Below, piece by piece: positions 61,235 through 64,000 of a DNA stretch of 64,000 nucleotides (position 1 is the first letter of the stretch; each line of letters starts with the position of its first letter). This stretch comes from Phoronis australis (taxonomy: Eukaryota; Animalia; Phoronida), in NCBI GenBank assembly GCA_002633005.1, contig NMRA01000010.1, positions 985,252 to 1,049,251 on the forward strand. Reading direction: 5' to 3'. A program made the position numbers and the translations under genes. Under the pieces are notes generated by a model, which saw nothing but the letters and a program-made list of their open reading frames with translations, had not been told where the DNA came from and ran no database searches.

Positions 61235-64000
61235 CCAGTCATGGCACCCACTGAAAAAGCCCCCTTTGTCTTACATACGCCGTCAGCGTCCATCGTATTG
61301 TTAGTAGCTCCTATACAAACGTTAATAATGAATAGGAACATTGGGCAGTAATGTGGTTTGCTTTTGGCTAGAAACTGTACCTGCTACAGAGTACGTACAT
61401 TCGAGCGACAGATCGAACGCTTTGCCAAGAAATCTACACATGAAGAAACTGACAGTTGGTGCTGCTTGACGTCCTCAGCCAAAGAAATGCAATTACGTAA
61501 TTTTGGGCGCTAGTTCTAGTCTCAGCCCTCCCATGTACAGATAACGCTTCACGCTCACAGTGAAAGACATTTTGGAAGCTTGCAAGAAACCACAGGTAAT
61601 TTAGTAGTCCAGATAGAGCTACACGCTTACTGTGACAGCTTTCACCAAACGTCTTGGAAATCAGTCAGCGACATCCTTGCAAGCATTTCACGCCATCATG
61701 CGAGCATCCAGCCTAAAAAATGGGGAGCTCGAATTTTTGAGAATGTGGACCTTTAACTAAGATTCACGGGATGCGTTCAGAGCTATGAATTGTGCATTCG
61801 CCGAACATAACGTAAAATTGCCGTGAGGACTTCACAGGGACCTCAGGGGTCTCACACTCCACTGATTTATCCACATTATTTTGAAAACGCTTTGCCCAGT
61901 TACACATTGTGTGTCATAAAAGAGAAAAAGCATACCAGCAGCTGACGCAGCAAGTTGAACTGCTCTCGTCTATCTCGTTGGTGTAGACTCACAGTTGAAC
62001 TACATGTGGTTTTCTGTAGACCCCAGACCGTCCCGAGTTGCACCATATACCAACTCCGGACGGTCTCTCACGACGATTAAGCGTTATGTTTTAGTAAATC
62101 CTGCCAGTTCAGTGGACTTTTGTCTCGGAGTTGTTGTTTCTCTGAGGCCGATCTTTTTGCCCACTTCGCCAAATGGGGGGCTCTTTCGAGGCCCTCGAGA
62201 CCTCCCCCCGGGTGCGCGCGTGGCCATAGCTACATAACTACATGTATTAGTCTACATTTACTATATCGCCAATCACGATCAATCGTGGCCACCGGGCGCA
62301 ATCATGAAAAAATCAGTGCGGACACAATTCGCGTTCTGTCCAAGAACCGAACTTTCGAACTAGGTCACTTTACCACTGAAAATTGGTCTCAACCAAGCTG
62401 TTTCATAGTCAGATAAAATGTGATTTCTTGGATTGCAAACAGATGACAGTTCATTACACCATAACATCTCGTTCGCTGCTTGAAATGACACGTCGTGTTA
62501 AGCCAGTAAAACCTATCGATTTTAAAACTGCCTCTCAGATAGAAAAATCTAGCCAAAACCGTGCGCTCCCATCCGATTATCTACCACAATCTCGCGAAAT
62601 CTTGGTTTTCTAGCGAGACACTTGTGCTACTGAACTCGATCCCGATCCCAAGCAACAACGAAGCGAGAATAACTTCGAAGCTATGAAATCACGTCAAATT
62701 TGACTAAAACCAATTTCAAAACCGTAAATGCTCTTAATCAAATATTGTTTTTGTGATGAAAGTTGGGTTTATAACGGATTTACAACTTTAGATTTTTGTC
62801 GCAGAATATATAATGCAAGTGCGTACAAGACAAGACAAGGGTCCTTTGCTGAACTTCCACGGAGTGCAATGGGCATTTGGAAAATCAGAACTGTAGCCCC
62901 ATTGATGGCACAAAGTCACATTCCAAACGTTTGCTTTGGGTTGGTAAGGAATTTAGTCAAGAGATGACGCGAATTGTGGCGTCAAACTAGAAGGCAGTCG
63001 CATACTTGACGTCATTCTTATCTTCCTATTGCTGCACTGTAAACTCTTGTTTAAACGTATTTTCTCGGGGGTATTCTGGACCATTGGACGGCATTGTGAG
63101 AGTCACACAACTTGCTGTAGCAGATATGAAACACCTCCGAGAGATTGTTTTAGGGCACGAAAATACCCGAGGTGTTCTGGAGGTCTCTTCTGATATATTT
63201 ACGGAACTCAGCTCTGCCCAATCCTTAAATTTGAATTTATTGGGAAGATGCTGACGAAATTAAAGTCGTTTTCAATAGCATCACCGAACTACAAAACAGT
63301 TCTCTTTTACTAGACATACATTCGCGTTATACCTAGTTACGTGGCATCAAACGGCAGTAATTTTCCATCAGTTGTCCATTATAGTTCTATAAAAAATCAC
63401 TTAGAACAAATCTTATCTCATTTCACACTAGCTTACAGCTCCTCACAAATTACACTGGTTCCCGTACACAGTGAATATCGAAGTGCTTGTCATGTTGTCT
63501 TCTCTAGAATGGGAGGTTGAAAAACGACGCCCACAATGTCAATGACCGTCATATTGTTCTCCATCTGCTTAAATACTAAGTGGACCTCTGCAGCTTGTGC
63601 TTGAAAGCCATGTCCATGCCTGCAGCTCTGTCCAATTAGTTGATTCGAAAGTGACTATCATATGTGCACAACCGGCAACTTCAAACAAGAGAAAAATACA
63701 CTTAATTGCTTGTTTTCACCCAATGAGGTCATTTGCGTACTATTTCAGTGAGCTAACAAACAGTGCATGTTGAATGCTAAATTTCCAGAAACTAAAAATT
63801 TGGTGAATAGCAAGTATGGACCAGACAAGTTAAATCGATCTTCGACAAATCTGATGGGTCTCAGGAGTGCTTCTACCTGACGTTCGCGCAGAATTCAACT
63901 TACCGCTTGCATCCAGCGAGGATATCAAAAGCCAAGACTAGGAGCATGGGTCCAAAGGTATAGGTCAATTTCCTTTTCTCACTGGGAACAGATTCCTTTC

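Noticed and set aside
63000-63720. Possible coding remnants at the window end
   Set aside because: No recognisable motif, and stop codons interrupt the frames examined.

Overview
This is AT-rich, intron-containing eukaryotic DNA, not prokaryotic. The repeat repertoire suggests a marine invertebrate (inference). Three host coding units are supported: (1) one large exon (4746-5480, -) of a TRPC3/6/7-like channel; (2) a single-coding-exon secreted MACPF protein (32550-33947, +) resembling sea-anemone MACPF toxins but ending in a GPI-signal-like hydrophobic tail; (3) a two-exon GNAT + YitH-type acetyltransferase (51877-49436, -). Most of the rest is decayed transposable elements: a Gmr1-type gypsy element with integrase before RT, a solo LTR with a perfect heat-shock element, a Penelope element with an inverted pLTR, an Academ element with perfect TIRs and TSD, a deleted hAT sharing termini with many 5-bp-TSD MITEs, Harbinger, YqaJ, THAP, copia and LINE relics, a 7-fold hairpin array and a possible RAG1-N-terminal-like relic. 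Most short ORFs in the track are spurious. I found no rRNA, tRNA or CRISPR, and no convincing new multi-gene system. Family assignments come from motif recognition only, without database searches.
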